DNA of 64,000 nucleotides from Hypanus sabinus (taxonomy: Eukaryota), in contig NC_082731.1 of NCBI RefSeq assembly GCF_030144855.1, positions 22,754,001 through 22,818,000 on the forward strand, given 5' to 3'. The number at the start of each line of letters is the position of its first letter. Position 1 is the first letter of the stretch. This document shows, piece by piece, positions 10,701 through 23,486 of this stretch. Made by a program: the position numbers and the translations under genes. Under the pieces are notes generated by a model. It was given only the letters and a program-made list of their open reading frames with translations, did not search any database and had not been told where the DNA came from.

Positions 10701-13700
10701 TCATAATTTTCATAATAATCATAAAGATGATTTAATAAAACAACATTAAACAACCGCAATAATAAATAAACATCTTTCGAACAGACCGAAAGGTTTCAGG
10801 TTCAAACTGCTGCTTATTGCACCTATGCCCCTTACTTACCAGTTGCGATTGATAAGAATATGGCTAAATGTAGAAGTTGCCAATTTCGGAAAACATAGCA
10901 TATTTATCATTTAACATCGTACCCTTCTACCAAACTCCAAAACCAAGTATCATTTATTTATATATCACTCCAATTCAATTTAAATAAATTGCTGTATATG
11001 TGTTAATTAATTTATTTGTAAGTAACTTTTCAAGCTTGTTAAGTGTGGTACTTTAAAAAAATACACTTCTTACTACAACAGTTCCATGGATTCACACCTC
11101 TGACTGAAATATATATTTTTCTTACACTTCATCTTATACTTTCCTTTTGAAAAATACCTGTTTCTCTTAAATCAGTTTGACTTTCTGTCTTTTGAAACAA
11201 TCTTTGGATACTTTTTGTTATCTTTCCATTTTTCTTTTTACGTTACGCATGATCTGTATTATTTTAAAATCTACGAAATCTCTAAATTTTAAAGTTTTTA
11301 GTTGAATAAATAGGGGTTTGTTTGGCTCATAATAACTTGTCTTAATTGCAATTCTTATGACTTTCTTTTGCGGTAGAGAGGTATGAGTTTGAAATTGTTT
11401 TGAATGTATTTCCCCATACCCCTACATAGTACGTCATGCTTGGGACAAATTGAGCAGTATAGTGTACAGAAAAACTCCTGATTAAAGATATCTCGCGTTT
11501 TCTACAGCATTGCAATAGATTTCAGCCCAATGATATGGGGCCCTAAGCTGCTCATCATACTCCAAATGAGAGTTCAGCAGTGTTTTGTAAATTCTCAACA
11601 TGACATCCTGGTTTGTATAATGTAGATCTATTGAAATGAATGATAACATCGCAGATGCATTCCTCATCGCGGACTCAACCTGCGTATTAACCTTTGAGAA
11701 TTGTGCAAAAGCATTCCCTAATTCCTTTGTCTGACTGTTTGACTTCTATTGTCTATCCATTTAGTAAGCAGTCGAAAGTTTCATTTCATTTACGATTCCA
11801 CACAGTACATTCCATCTGCCCTTCTTTGCATTTTCTACTGAAATGACATTTGTAGCCTCCCTGCGATCTCAAGATGTCTTGTCAGTCTACCTGCCTTGGT
11901 ATCCAGCAAAAACAATAATCGAAGTCATTAACAATTAAAGTGAATTAATTGGTCCCAATACAGTCCACTGTGTAACACCACCTGTCACTAGCAGTCAACC
12001 AGAAAAGGCTCCCGTTACTTTCGCTCTTTTCGTTCTTTCAGTCAGCCACTGCTTGATCCATCTCAGATTCTGCGCAATAATACCATGGACTCCTGACGGT
12101 TAAGCAGCCTCAGGTGTGACGGCTTCTCATCGGCGTTCTAAGAAATCTAAATATACAAAATCAACCAATTGCCTATACTGCTTGCTGCTTGTCAAAGGAT
12201 TCCAAAAGAGTTGTTAGACACGATTTCCTAATGATGAAACTATGCCTACCAATGTTCTTCCAGTTTCTTTTTCTTTTTGTTATCATTTGCCTCCAAGTAC
12301 CCCGAAACCGTATTCCCCTCAATTAAATCCATCATCTTCATAAACATTGATGTCAGACTAACAGGCCTGTAATTTCCATTACGCTGCCTCTCCCCCGTTC
12401 AAAAGTGAAGTGGAATTTTCAATGTTGCTGTCTTCCAGAAACAGTACAAAATGTAGCAATACTTCAGAAATCATAAATGAACACCCCAGAATCCCTTCAG
12501 CCACCAATGTCAGAACTCATGGGCGTGCACTATCTGGCCTAGATAACTTATCTCCCTTCAGAACGTCCAGTTTACCAAAACCAATCCTCCGAGCAATGAT
12601 AACTTCATACACTGCATTACCGCCAAAATTGATCCATGTAGCTGGTCTCTTCAACATTGAGAACTGTCGCAGTATTTATTATTGAATAAGCCCCCCATTT
12701 TTTGTACCCCAGTATTTCTCTGCAGCAACTTTTCCAGCCGAGCGGCACTCACTCTCTCCTCCTTATTTCCTGTTAATGATCTTTTCCAAACAATTCTGTC
12801 CAACTCCTCCCTTACTTCTCTCATGCCTCTCAAATTCCCTTTAATCTATTGAAATAATGATACATCTGACTTTTGTTTCTTCTATTCAAATTTCAATGTG
12901 AATTTGATCACTTGCCCCTATTGTTTCTTTCACCGAACACACTGTAATCAATTACGTATACTACCACAACGTTCAACCCTGAACGGATGTTCGCCTAATG
13001 GGCTCAGCAAGAATATACTCTAATTGGAGACGGGTTGGTATACCCTGACGGAACAACGCCAAACCCTTTCTCTTCCTGCCTGACTTTTCGAATGAATGTG
13101 TATCCTCGGAAATTAAGCCTAAAACATCGAATATAACAACTTTTTCCTGGAAGTTGTATACTCTGTATACTGTGCATATACAAATAAAGCATTTTCAGTA
13201 CCTTTCAAATTGTTCCCATTTATTCACTGCGTCGTAACCTGTTGACCGCACGTTTGCCCCATTATCAGCCTCTCCGTGTTTAGGCTCTCAAGACAGATTG
13301 AATTCCTTTGCAAATTGACTACCTACTTCTCAGCCCTATTATTCAGGATGACACCGCCCTGACCAGTTAACTTAACGATTCTGAACACCTCTTGCCAACA
13401 TGCTGACAAGGGATTTGTATCCGCTAAGAATTAGCTGCATCCCGTCCCATTTCTATAGTTCACAACTTTGACAAAAGAATCTCAATGATGCATAAATCTT
13501 AACATCTGTCTCTTTCAGCAGTTCTATCGAAACGCGTGCAATTGTCAAATTCTCAGCCTCATTGGCATGTGACACGTGAAACAATCCAGAGATTAATATC
13601 ATAGATTTCCCGTGTCTCTGATTTATACCTAGCTAATTAAGTATTTTTTTTTGTTCTTCAGGACGTCTTCAGCTTGTCCAGCCATTTACCTACTGCCAAT

Positions 13701-14280
13701 ATGCACCAAATATCCGGCCAGTTGCCTTTCAGCAGATTATGCACCCGAAACGAGACAATCCTGAGCCTTGCACGATGGAGGTAACATACTGCCCCGACTT
13801 TTTTTAAGGCGCCCACATACACTCGCATTGTTCCTCAGAATAAGCGGTCTCCTAGCAACAATGCATTCTTCTTCATTTCGCTGCTCTTCAGGGGCACCGC
13901 ACCAGAACCAGTGCTAAATGTCTTTTAAAGTGTCTGTCCCCTGTTAACTCTTCGCCATCATAGTTGTTATCAAAGAGTGGATCGGCGATTTATTTACTTA
14001 GGACAAGTTGCGAACGTCTTCACTTTCTCCTGATAGTCACTGGTTAACTTGACACCTGGAACCAACGTGTTATTATTAGTCTGTATCTCCTGCAGATCAG
14101 CTCCTCACTTCCGCATATGACTCATCAAGCCGCAGCCCCAGTTCCTTAATACGTTCTACTATTGTTGCAATTCAGAGAACTTGGTGCAGATGTGTGGATC
14201 TCTGGCACAGCCAGCTTTCAGACGTCCCTCATCCCAGACATCGTAGATATAACTGCACCTGGAACAATTCTCACTAATCC
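7700..14280 (-). mobile_element. Old fragmented CR1 LINE (RT pieces 7700-8950 and 11470-12700; endonuclease and ORF1 remnants to 14280)
   Basis: Minus-strand sequence resembles the RT, endonuclease and ORF1 zinc-finger/coiled-coil regions of the better-preserved CR1 at 23487-27722; many stops and indels. Confidence 0.7.
9810..10683 (-). mobile_element. Duplicated copy of the 6053-6933 solo LTR
   Basis: TGTTACA...CGTAACA with the same GTAC flanks, lying in the second unit of the tandem duplication. Confidence 0.8.
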
Positions 14281-16970
14281 TTCATGTACTAGTGGAAGTG
14301 GAATGAACAACTACCATCAGTGAGTACCTTAAAAGACAATTGCCCTCGGTCAATCCTAATTTCGGGCTGAGCAATCCCGATCACCGTGTGGATTAAAACG
14401 TCACTGTCCACACGCATCCCTATGAACGCATGACGCCAACTTATTTCTTTGTACTTACATTAATTGTGTGCAGCCGGACCAATGACTGACAGAACATTCA
14501 AAGATGTTCGGGACCTACTGCAATGTTGGACATCCGCACTTTTTCACAAACCAAAAGACATATGATGGAGCTGGCACAAAACTATAACAAGATGAACAAC
14601 CGGCTTCAAGAGCCGTTGCTATTCTGCTCTTATTAGAATGTTTAAACATTCTTCAATATTGTCAATGATGAATTATTAACAGACAAGTTTTATTCGCTGT
14701 CCCTCAGTATTTTTTAAAGCAACCAGACCCAAAATCCCCAGATACAGCAGTCGAATTATAGATTTTTTTTTTCATTATTCCGATCGATTAATGATTGAAA
14801 TAATTTCCTGGAAAAGATGCTAACAAAATCTGTCCACCGCAGCTCTGTAGATGTCACAACTTTTGATGAATTTGCAAATACTGTGCATATATAGAGAAGG
14901 CAAATATGACGCCTCTGGTGCATTATAGCTGTTGTACTTAATGTATTATTTGTCCAATATTGGTGGTTTAATTTTCTTTCAATGGGATTCAGCTGATTGT
15001 CTTCGCGTTATACTGCATTTATCAAACTGCTGCCCGGCATGACGTTCTTGTTTCAATTGCAGAGCTAACAGTTATATTTGCACCTATTGAACGAGTCTCT
15101 TCCTGTCAAGTTTAATACAGTCATTTGATTTTTTCTTGCTTTATTTACCATTTTCTGAGTGCATTAAGTAAACAAAGCCTCCATGCGTTCTATCAGATAC
15201 ACTGTGACGTTCCCACAGAATTGATCAACGTACAAGATGAAATGGAATGGGTACAGTACAGAGGGATGATATTGGGCCGGTATGAAGGTGCCCTGAGAAG
15301 AACGAAAAGTCTCTTGCCTCATTGGTCAGATTTTACTGCCCATCCTTGCGATTCATACGAGTATACATCCCGCGCTGCTTGAGGGAATGAAAAGCCCTCA
15401 ATGAGAGCTGCAGGGTCAGTTCTCCAGAGAGCACACATTATCCGAAAAATGTGGCATTCAACTAATTTATTTTAGATATGAATGCACTGACATTCAACTA
15501 TCATTATCATTTACCATCAGGTCACTGAATCAGCGCGTAAAACTGCAATGATCTCAGTAAACCTCAGCCTGTGGGTAGAAGACAATATACGGCATATAAG
15601 AAATAGGAAAATGTAATTATAAATAAGCAATGCATATCGAGAAAGTGAAATGTAAAATTTTTGAAAGGGAGTCCATTTGTTGTGGTAATATATCAATAAT
15701 GAGGTAAGTGATGATGGGTGAGGATATCCAGTTATTTATTTATTTTTTTTTTTTTTTTGGGAATTTGTTGATTGTAAGTTAGTAGAATCGACAATTTGGT
15801 GGAACACGCTCTGAGGCCTCATTACCTTCCTCCCTGTGGCATCAGATATAGTATGTCCCAGCTTTTGGACGTCCATGATGATAAATGCTATTTCCTACAA
15901 CAGCATTTCATGCAGATTTGCTCAATTGTTTTCAGGACTTCATTCATTATTCACTGGGTCGTAGCTCCATTTTTTGCAGGTTTCCTTCAAGGATATTGAT
16001 TCATCAATACCAGACTCTCGAGATATATATTTATATTCAGAGAGAGGGAGAGAGGGAGAGAGAGATGTTTGTTAAAGTTTCAGATGTCAGTCCTCAAATT
16101 CAGAAAATATTTGTGTTTCTTCTGCTTCACCAATGTTTCGAAATGTTTCTCCCTATTTTACTTTTTCTCTCCCTTCCCCCTTCCGCTTTCTCTCCCCCGC
16201 TCTGTCTCTCTGACTCTCTCTCTATCTCTCTTTCTCTCACCCTATCGTTATCTCCTTGTCTGTCTCTTCCTGTCCCTGTCTATGTGTTCTTGCATCGGTT
16301 GATAATGAAACTTTGATTTAAACAAACAGACAATATGTCGGAGGACTCATGAGTTCCGGAGCACGGTTTACATAAATACGTAGATTTTATCATTTAGTGT
16401 TGCTGCCTTGACTCTGAACAATTCGAAAACTAACTCCAGCGTATTCTCCGTAAACATCCGGCTGAGATCTGGACCATGAGGTTAGTGCCATCGGTCAACT
16501 TGCAAGCGGAGTTAGAAATTGGTTACAGGTTCAGCATGTCCACAGAAAAAAGGAAGGTTCTGAAAACAACACTTCTAGCAGGTTACTAGCAAATGGCGGA
16601 GATTGTACAAAACAAGAGCTTCGCGGGCGTTTTGATATTCCGGAGGCCCATGCAGCGGCGGTAAGTTAGGTGATGTACCAGGAGTAAAGAGACATTCTTG
16701 GAATTAGGCCAGCTATTAGAGTGGGAGTTTCAAGTTTTCAATCAAGAAGCTTCGAGGAGAAGAGGCAGAGGCCGAATAAACAGGTCAGAAGATTTTGTCT
16801 TGTTTTCCAGTTGTACAGTGCAGGCAAGATGGCAAACATAGCAGTGGAATGCTTCCTCGGTAGGTTGTCGGAATTAATGAAAACTGATAGTCTCCCTGAC
16901 TTCTACACCTGCGGGTAATGCAGCCAATTCCAGCTCATGAAAGCCGTTATTTAGAACATTTGATAGGTGC

Positions 16971-17906
16971 CACTTTTTAGTAAGGGGTTTCAGCTATAGT
17001 GCTGAAATCGGGGAGCAGAGATTTGAGATTAGAGGGAGGTAAATGGAGAAAAATATTGCAGGGTCGCCCTGTCGGTTTTTCTTTTCAGCAAACGAAATAC
17101 ACCTCTGCGTATTGTTGACGTGGAAAACCGGTTGCAGCAGCACCCGGGCCAATAGACGTGTGGTCACATCTGATTCTCTGAAATGGAGGATGAAGTTAGA
17201 CGTAGCATCAGACATGGTGTACTTGGTGTTTTCAGTTCTGGGCACCTCACTACTAGAAAGTTGTGGATACTATAGGGATAACGCAGTGGAGATTTACAAG
17301 GATGGTGCCTCGATCTGAGAACACGTCTTATGAGAATAGGTTGAGAAAAAGTGAACTCTTCTCCTTGGATCGAGGAAGGGTGAGAGTTGAACAGATAAAG
17401 GGTTGTAACATGCTGAAAGGTATTTAGCGTCTGGAGACCTATAGGATTATATATTCTTCGCTCTCAGGGCTGAAATTGCAAAAGCGTGGTTGCTAGTTTT
17501 AAAAGCCTCGGAGTATGTACAATAGGGGGATGTCAGGAATAAGTTGTTCCTCCACACCCAAATAAAGGGAAAGGTTATGGAATGCACAGCCAGCTGCACT
17601 GGTAGATGCGAATATAACAGGATCTAAAAGAAATAATGTACTCCTGATAGGTACATGGAGCTTAGAAAACTCGAGAGCTGCGAGTTTGCGGAATTCTGGG
17701 CAGTTTCTAGAGTAGATTTGACGTTCGGTACAACATTAGGCACCGAAGGACCTGCAAACTGTGTCGATTTCTATGTTCTGTTTTATACTTTAGATTACCT
17801 ACCATCGGTGGTGAAGATGAGTTCCAGGTATTCTCGTTTATTCATCAATGATTCTTCTCTTCAGTTCAGTTACTGGGAGCAAAGTTACGGGTCTTTTAAA
17901 GTTTAT
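16971..17906 (+). repeat. Dispersed duplication, copy A (copy B at 44223-45161)
   Basis: About 0.94 kb of colinear high similarity, containing a CR1 3' fragment plus non-CR1 flanks on both sides. Confidence 0.92.
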
Positions 17907-20900
17907 TTCTAGGAATAACAGACAACAGTGTTCAGATGTACCTGTTTGAAATGTGAACTATAAGGAACAATCTAACTTCGAGACTTTGCTATCTGCTCTG
18001 TTGAGACATGTGATTACCACAAGTGAGAAACAATCTGCCGTAGATCAGTTTCAGCTGTAGAGAAATCGGATAGGTCGAGCTGTCTGGGGAACTGCTTTTG
18101 TTATCTACCTAAATCATCACGTACTCGAATCATTTCACAAGGATTCACTTCAGAGGCACTGTAAATCTTCACGTTCATGCTACTGGTGTTCCTAACTTTG
18201 TAGTACACTTCTAATTGCAGTCCGAACTGAATTATGATCAGTCACACACAGATCCCTGACATGTTGGTCTGTGCAGTTGCTAAACACATGGCCTGTGACT
18301 TTGGATAAGTGACTCGTTGGTCTCTGCTAACAGACGTTGTTCCTAGAATCGAAAAGCACACCTTGGTTGTCTTCACAAGTCTATGCTGTATACGACTCTG
18401 GTCCCAAAAAATTCCTGAAGTTCTAATTCCTAGCCCAAATACACCCTGATTGTCTTGAATGTTGTGTGATATACTGCCAAAGGCAATTGTTCAGTGGTGA
18501 GAAACAGCAGATTGTATACTAGTTGCAGTTATAAAGAAATATATTTATGAATGTTAAATGAAGGAAAACTTTCTTAAAGAAGGAAAGAACGTACGAAAGA
18601 AAGAAAGACTGAGAGAAAGCAAGAAAAAATAGGAAAGAAAAAAATGCCAATGTTGCACTTATATTTGAGCTCAACTTCAAAATGAGTGTCATTCATGTAC
18701 TGAATCCTCGTCGACGTGAATACACAGGACACTTTCCGATTATTGATCGAAATCGATCTCGTATGAACGGAAGTACTGGACCATTTTCACTAAAACATTT
18801 TCACATAGCAGGGACGTCATATTCAGCAATGCTGCGTCCTGTCCTCTTCCAGCTTCTGCCAAATACGACCGCCGCATTCAACAATCTGCTTCAGAAAACC
18901 CTTCCGCCAGCATTCTCGGTATTTCACAATACCACCATCGCGATTTCTTAAAACCACTTTCCTAATTTGAACAACAAATACGCTTACATCCAGTTGAAGC
19001 GCAAAGCAGGCTGAACAAGGAATTAGACAGCTTTCACAAAAGTAAAAAATTATATATATATTCCTACGATATTGATGTAATAATATTAACTGAGGTCTTA
19101 CACTCTGCCCCTGCGACAGTGCCGTATTCTCATGACATTGAAACGAGATAACAAATGTTTAATAATACAGTTTTCAACGGAATTGTGTGATGTAAGGACT
19201 TCCAATCTATTTAGGAATTGTAGTGACATATCATACTACGCGGATTGATGCAACTCTCTGTTCGCCCTCCATGTTCAGCTCATCCAGCTGTAAGCACCAC
19301 TTTCTACACTTCTTGTCTACATGTTTGTGCTTTCCCTGCCTATAGCACGTCTCTTCCAACGGCTCAGATCACGTTTCTCCATGAGGAAAGTTAACTTCCA
19401 TCAGTTTAAGCTGGAATAGCCGAAGAACCGCATCACCGCTGCTGCTACACGATGTGTCATCTCTGTAAAGAGGGAGCCCTCACTTGTTTCGGCGGTGTGT
19501 GATGAAGTACTGGAGTAAAGCGCATCAGCGACGTCCGCGGAAAACGCATCTTCATGTGCTAATATCATCTTAGCTCAGTAGCAGCGCTAGCCTTGGGGCC
19601 TCCCACAGCAAGTTACGTCCGCTAAAGGCTGTCTCCGTCTTGGTGTCAGTACCAATCGGTAACACCTGAAATAGATCAAGACTCCGATTATTCTCAACGT
19701 CCATGCAGAACCCCCGGATGCACGACATCAGGGGTCGCATTAGCAGAAATTGCTTTTTCCGAGGACTCTGCTCGACAGACGGAGGAGTCTCTCTTCTCCA
19801 CCACTTGTTCTTCCCGTCTAGGTTCTTTCAGTATCTTAGTAAAAGATGGAGAATAGTACATCTTGTGGGTCAGTCGACTATGTAATCATGTCCTGTGACA
19901 TCGCGACCTACACCATTTACTCTATCCTCAAGCAAACTATCTCAGACTGTTCACTGACCACTTTGAGGTACAAGATGCGCAGTGGTTTTCCCCAACTGTA
20001 TACTATAGGGAAAAATTTACTTTCTTTCCTCCTGGAATGTGTGCCTAAACTTTAGCCTGGGCACTGCTGCACTTCCGGTTGCCAAAAGCATTCTCCAGAG
20101 GCTGCAAATAAAGGATTTGCTCACTCAGGTCAAATCACGTTATCCGCCCCCTGCATTTTCATATTATCGGAGAATTGCCATTCATCCAGTAACTGAAAAA
20201 TCTGCTGAGACCAAGCTGCTTATTCCTCTTCCTCCTCTGGTGTGGGATTGAATCCAGGGAACATTGCCAGTCTACAATAACCTTGGCACTTCAGAAATGT
20301 ACCCCTGCAATTATCGACCAGTGATATAATAGTCAAAATGAACTCAGCATGTAAATCAGCGGCTAAAACTCTCAGTGTACCTATCATATGAGTCTACTCC
20401 TTTCCAACAAACTGCGGAAAAAGAACATGTCTTTACTGTATCGGCCCTCAACTGCTGGAGACTCGACTTACTATTGGGGATATTCACCAACTCCGTGCTC
20501 TTTCTGAAAGTATGGACGACCTTTGGCTCTGCATCTCTTTGTACTCAAAATGATAGCAGAAAGATCCTCTCCCGTTACTTCAGCGCATCTCTCATCTAAC
20601 ACGCCACCTTTCTATCAAACTACCGTTCCATGCTCGCACTTCTCCTTCATAATACAGCGATTTTTAAAACATAATCAATAATTCATCTCTGTTGCTGATT
20701 TCCATATCTTGCAGAACACAAGCAAAATTCAGCGGAATTTTGATACCATTGCAGTGTCTTTAAACACGAGCCTTAATCACTTTCCCAGAGAAAATTTTAA
20801 CACAGGTGTAAACACAAACCTAGTTATTCAATTTTAGGACAATCACACAGAGTTCAAGGAAATCTCTCCAGGTCGATTGTCCCACAATGAAACGGCTTTT

Positions 20901-21049
20901 GAATCGGTTTCTCTGGGCCGATTAACCGTAACTAGTCCAATGTTCATGTAATTTGGCCCTCTATTTGAACTTAAAGGAACAAAACGTCATAAGGAAGTGA
21001 AACAGAGTTAGTCTAGCTGGACTGCAGAAGCTGCTCCTCCATTAAGTAA

Positions 21050-21870
21050 GATCATGGACAATCTGGCCATGCACTCATTTCCACCTACCTGTCTTTCATT
21101 ATAAGCATTAGTTCCCTAAATTGCAGAAATCTGTCTAACCTAGTCTTAAATATATTTAACAATGACGACCTCAATGCTTAATTGGAAAGAAAATTAAACA
21201 GACTCACCACCAACTGTGAAAAGTATTTCTTTCGCATCCGTCCTACATCTCTTCCCCTGCATCATGAGGCTACGTGCGCTGTTCTGGTCTCACCAACCTA
21301 TGGTAACAACTTTCCTTCTGAATTTTATTTATCCCTTTCAAAATTTCTCATGTTTCTCAAAGGACTCCTCTCATTATTCTGAATTTCCATGAGCAGATGA
21401 ACAGGGCCTGATATCTCTCCACATACTCTAACGGCATCATTTCTGGAATCAACCTGCTGAATGTCCTTTGTACTGCCCCCAGAGCCAGTGTCTCCTTCCT
21501 CAAGTAAGGAGACAAGATCTGCACGCAGTACTCCAGGTGCAGCCTCAGCAGTACTAGGCACAGTTGCAACATAAACTCCCTGTTCTTAAATACAATCATG
21601 TTAGCAATCAGGGCCAAAATTCCATTTGCCTTCTTGATAGCCTGCTGAACTAGAAAGACAAAACCTTTGTGATTCATGTACAAACACTCCCAAGTCCATC
21701 AGAACAACGGCATGCTGTATTTTTAATCATTTAAATCATACTTTTTTTTTAGTTTGCCATTCAACGTGTATGACCTTGCACTTACAGACAAAGTAACTAA
21801 TCATTCAGATTTGGGTAGTCACCCAACGTCTTCTGCACTACTTGCTTTTCCAATAAGCAAAATTAAATAA
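21050..21870 (-). mobile_element. CR1 LINE 3' RT fragment
   Basis: ORF 21357-21683 reads ...LLRLHLEYCVQILSPYLRKETLALGAVQRTFSRLIP, the CR1 RT C-terminal motif. Confidence 0.8.
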
Positions 21871-21874
21871 TTTG

Positions 21875-23290
21875 GACAAAGTACACTGCAGATGCTGTGG
21901 TCAATTCAAAACGTAGAACGAAGTTGGAGGAACTCCGCAAGTCGGGCAGCATCCGTGCAAAAGAACAGTCACAATTTCGGGCCCAGACCCTTCGGTAGGA
22001 CTGAGGAAGTAGTGGGCAGGGTCCCTAAAAAGAAGCTGGTGGGAGGGAGGGGAGGAGAAGGCTGGTCACTGCCAGGTGAAAAACCAATCAGGGGAAAGTT
22101 CAAGTGCTCGGAGAGGTGAATCAGGGATGGGATAGGCAGGAAACATGAAGAAGGAATGTAAGAGGAAAGCACTATGTGCAGTAGAAGAAGTCAGAATCTC
22201 GGGAGAAGTGGTTGGCAGCTGGATGAAGAGGCAGAGTGGAACCTGGATGGGAGAAGGGAAAAGGAGGGAATTACCGGAAGTTGGAAAATTCGCTGCTCAT
22301 GCCATGGGTCTGGAGATTACCCAGACATTATATGAGATGTTGCTCCTCACCCTGAGTTTGGCTCATCATGGCAGTTGAGGAGGCCATGTCTGGACATATC
22401 CGAATGGTAATGAGAAGCATAGTTGAAGCGGGTTGAACAACCAGGGGATCCTGTCTGTTCTGGCGTATGGAGCGGAGGAGCTCGGCGAAGCGGTTCCCCC
22501 AATCTGCGTCGGGTCTCGCCGATGTAGTGGAGGTGGAACCGGGAGCACATGATGCAATAGGTGACTCCGACAGACTCAAAAATGAAGTGTTACATCACCT
22601 GGAAGGATTGTTTGAGTCCCTGGATGGTGATAGAGAGGTGGTGTAGGGATAGGTGTAGCACTTACGCTTGCACGGTTAATTAACAGATGGGAGATCTGTG
22701 GGGAGGAACGTGTGGACCAATCAGTCATGGAGGGAACGATCCCCGTTAACAGCGGAGAGGGGCTGGGAGGGAAAAATGTACTTGTCGGTAGGGTCCTGTT
22801 GGAGGTGCCGGAAGTTGCAGAGGATAATACGTTGGATATGGAGGCTGTTGGAGTGGTAGTTGAGGACAAATGAAACACTGTCCCAGTTGTGGTGAACAGA
22901 GGATGGGGTGATGGCCGAAGTGCAGAAAATGGAGGAGATGCGAATGAAGACATCATTGATGACGGCAGAAGGGAAACAATGATTCTTAAAGAAAAATAAA
23001 TTTGAAATGTCCTGGAACGGAAAGCCTCATCCTGGGAGAAGATGCGGCTGAGGCGGAGGATTTCGGAATAATGCATAGCATTTTTTACATTTGGCAGAGT
23101 GAGAAGAGGTATCGTCAAGGTGGTTAGTAGATAATCTACACTCAGTCTCCTCATACAGATCATTGAATGGCTGTAGCCCCAACACCATAACTGCAGCACT
23201 CGCTGACAACAGATTCTGAAACACAGTAACAAAATTCTTTGTTTACTATGAGGTATCCAACCCTCCATCCAGGCTAACACATCTCCCGAA
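21875..23290 (-). mobile_element. Penelope-like retroelement fragment (RT C-terminus, GIY-YIG endonuclease, terminal repeat)
   Basis: FSQDEAFRSRT... and CSRFHLHYIGETRRRLG (GIY-YIG-type) in minus frames; terminal repeat with decayed hammerhead motif at 21964-22003. Confidence 0.85.
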
Positions 23291-23486
23291 ACTCTTCGCA
23301 TCCTTAACTTACGGATAATAATTTATGCGACACCATCTCGATCTCTTTAGGAAATACATGTAGATAAATTCCATCTGTTCCTCTCGATCAGCTGCACTAG
23401 TTATATCCTCAAAGAAGTGTAAAAAGTTTATCAAGTAAGGTTTGCCTTTGCTGAATCAATGGTGTGTCTGGCCGATTGTTCCATTT

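Larger units (their letters stand above)
5253..12701. repeat. Tandem segmental duplication, unit ~3.7 kb (5253-8952 and 8953-12701)
   Basis: Continuous colinear similarity: LTR 3' half, CR1 fragment, second LTR, AT-rich tract, CR1 RT fragment, ending gcccgccatttt / gccccccatttt. Confidence 0.93.

Noticed and set aside
18220-18420. SVT..., PVTL and CTCTGCTAACAGACG matching pieces of the intact V
   Set aside because: Spacing is incompatible without large deletions, and short matches like these could be chance.
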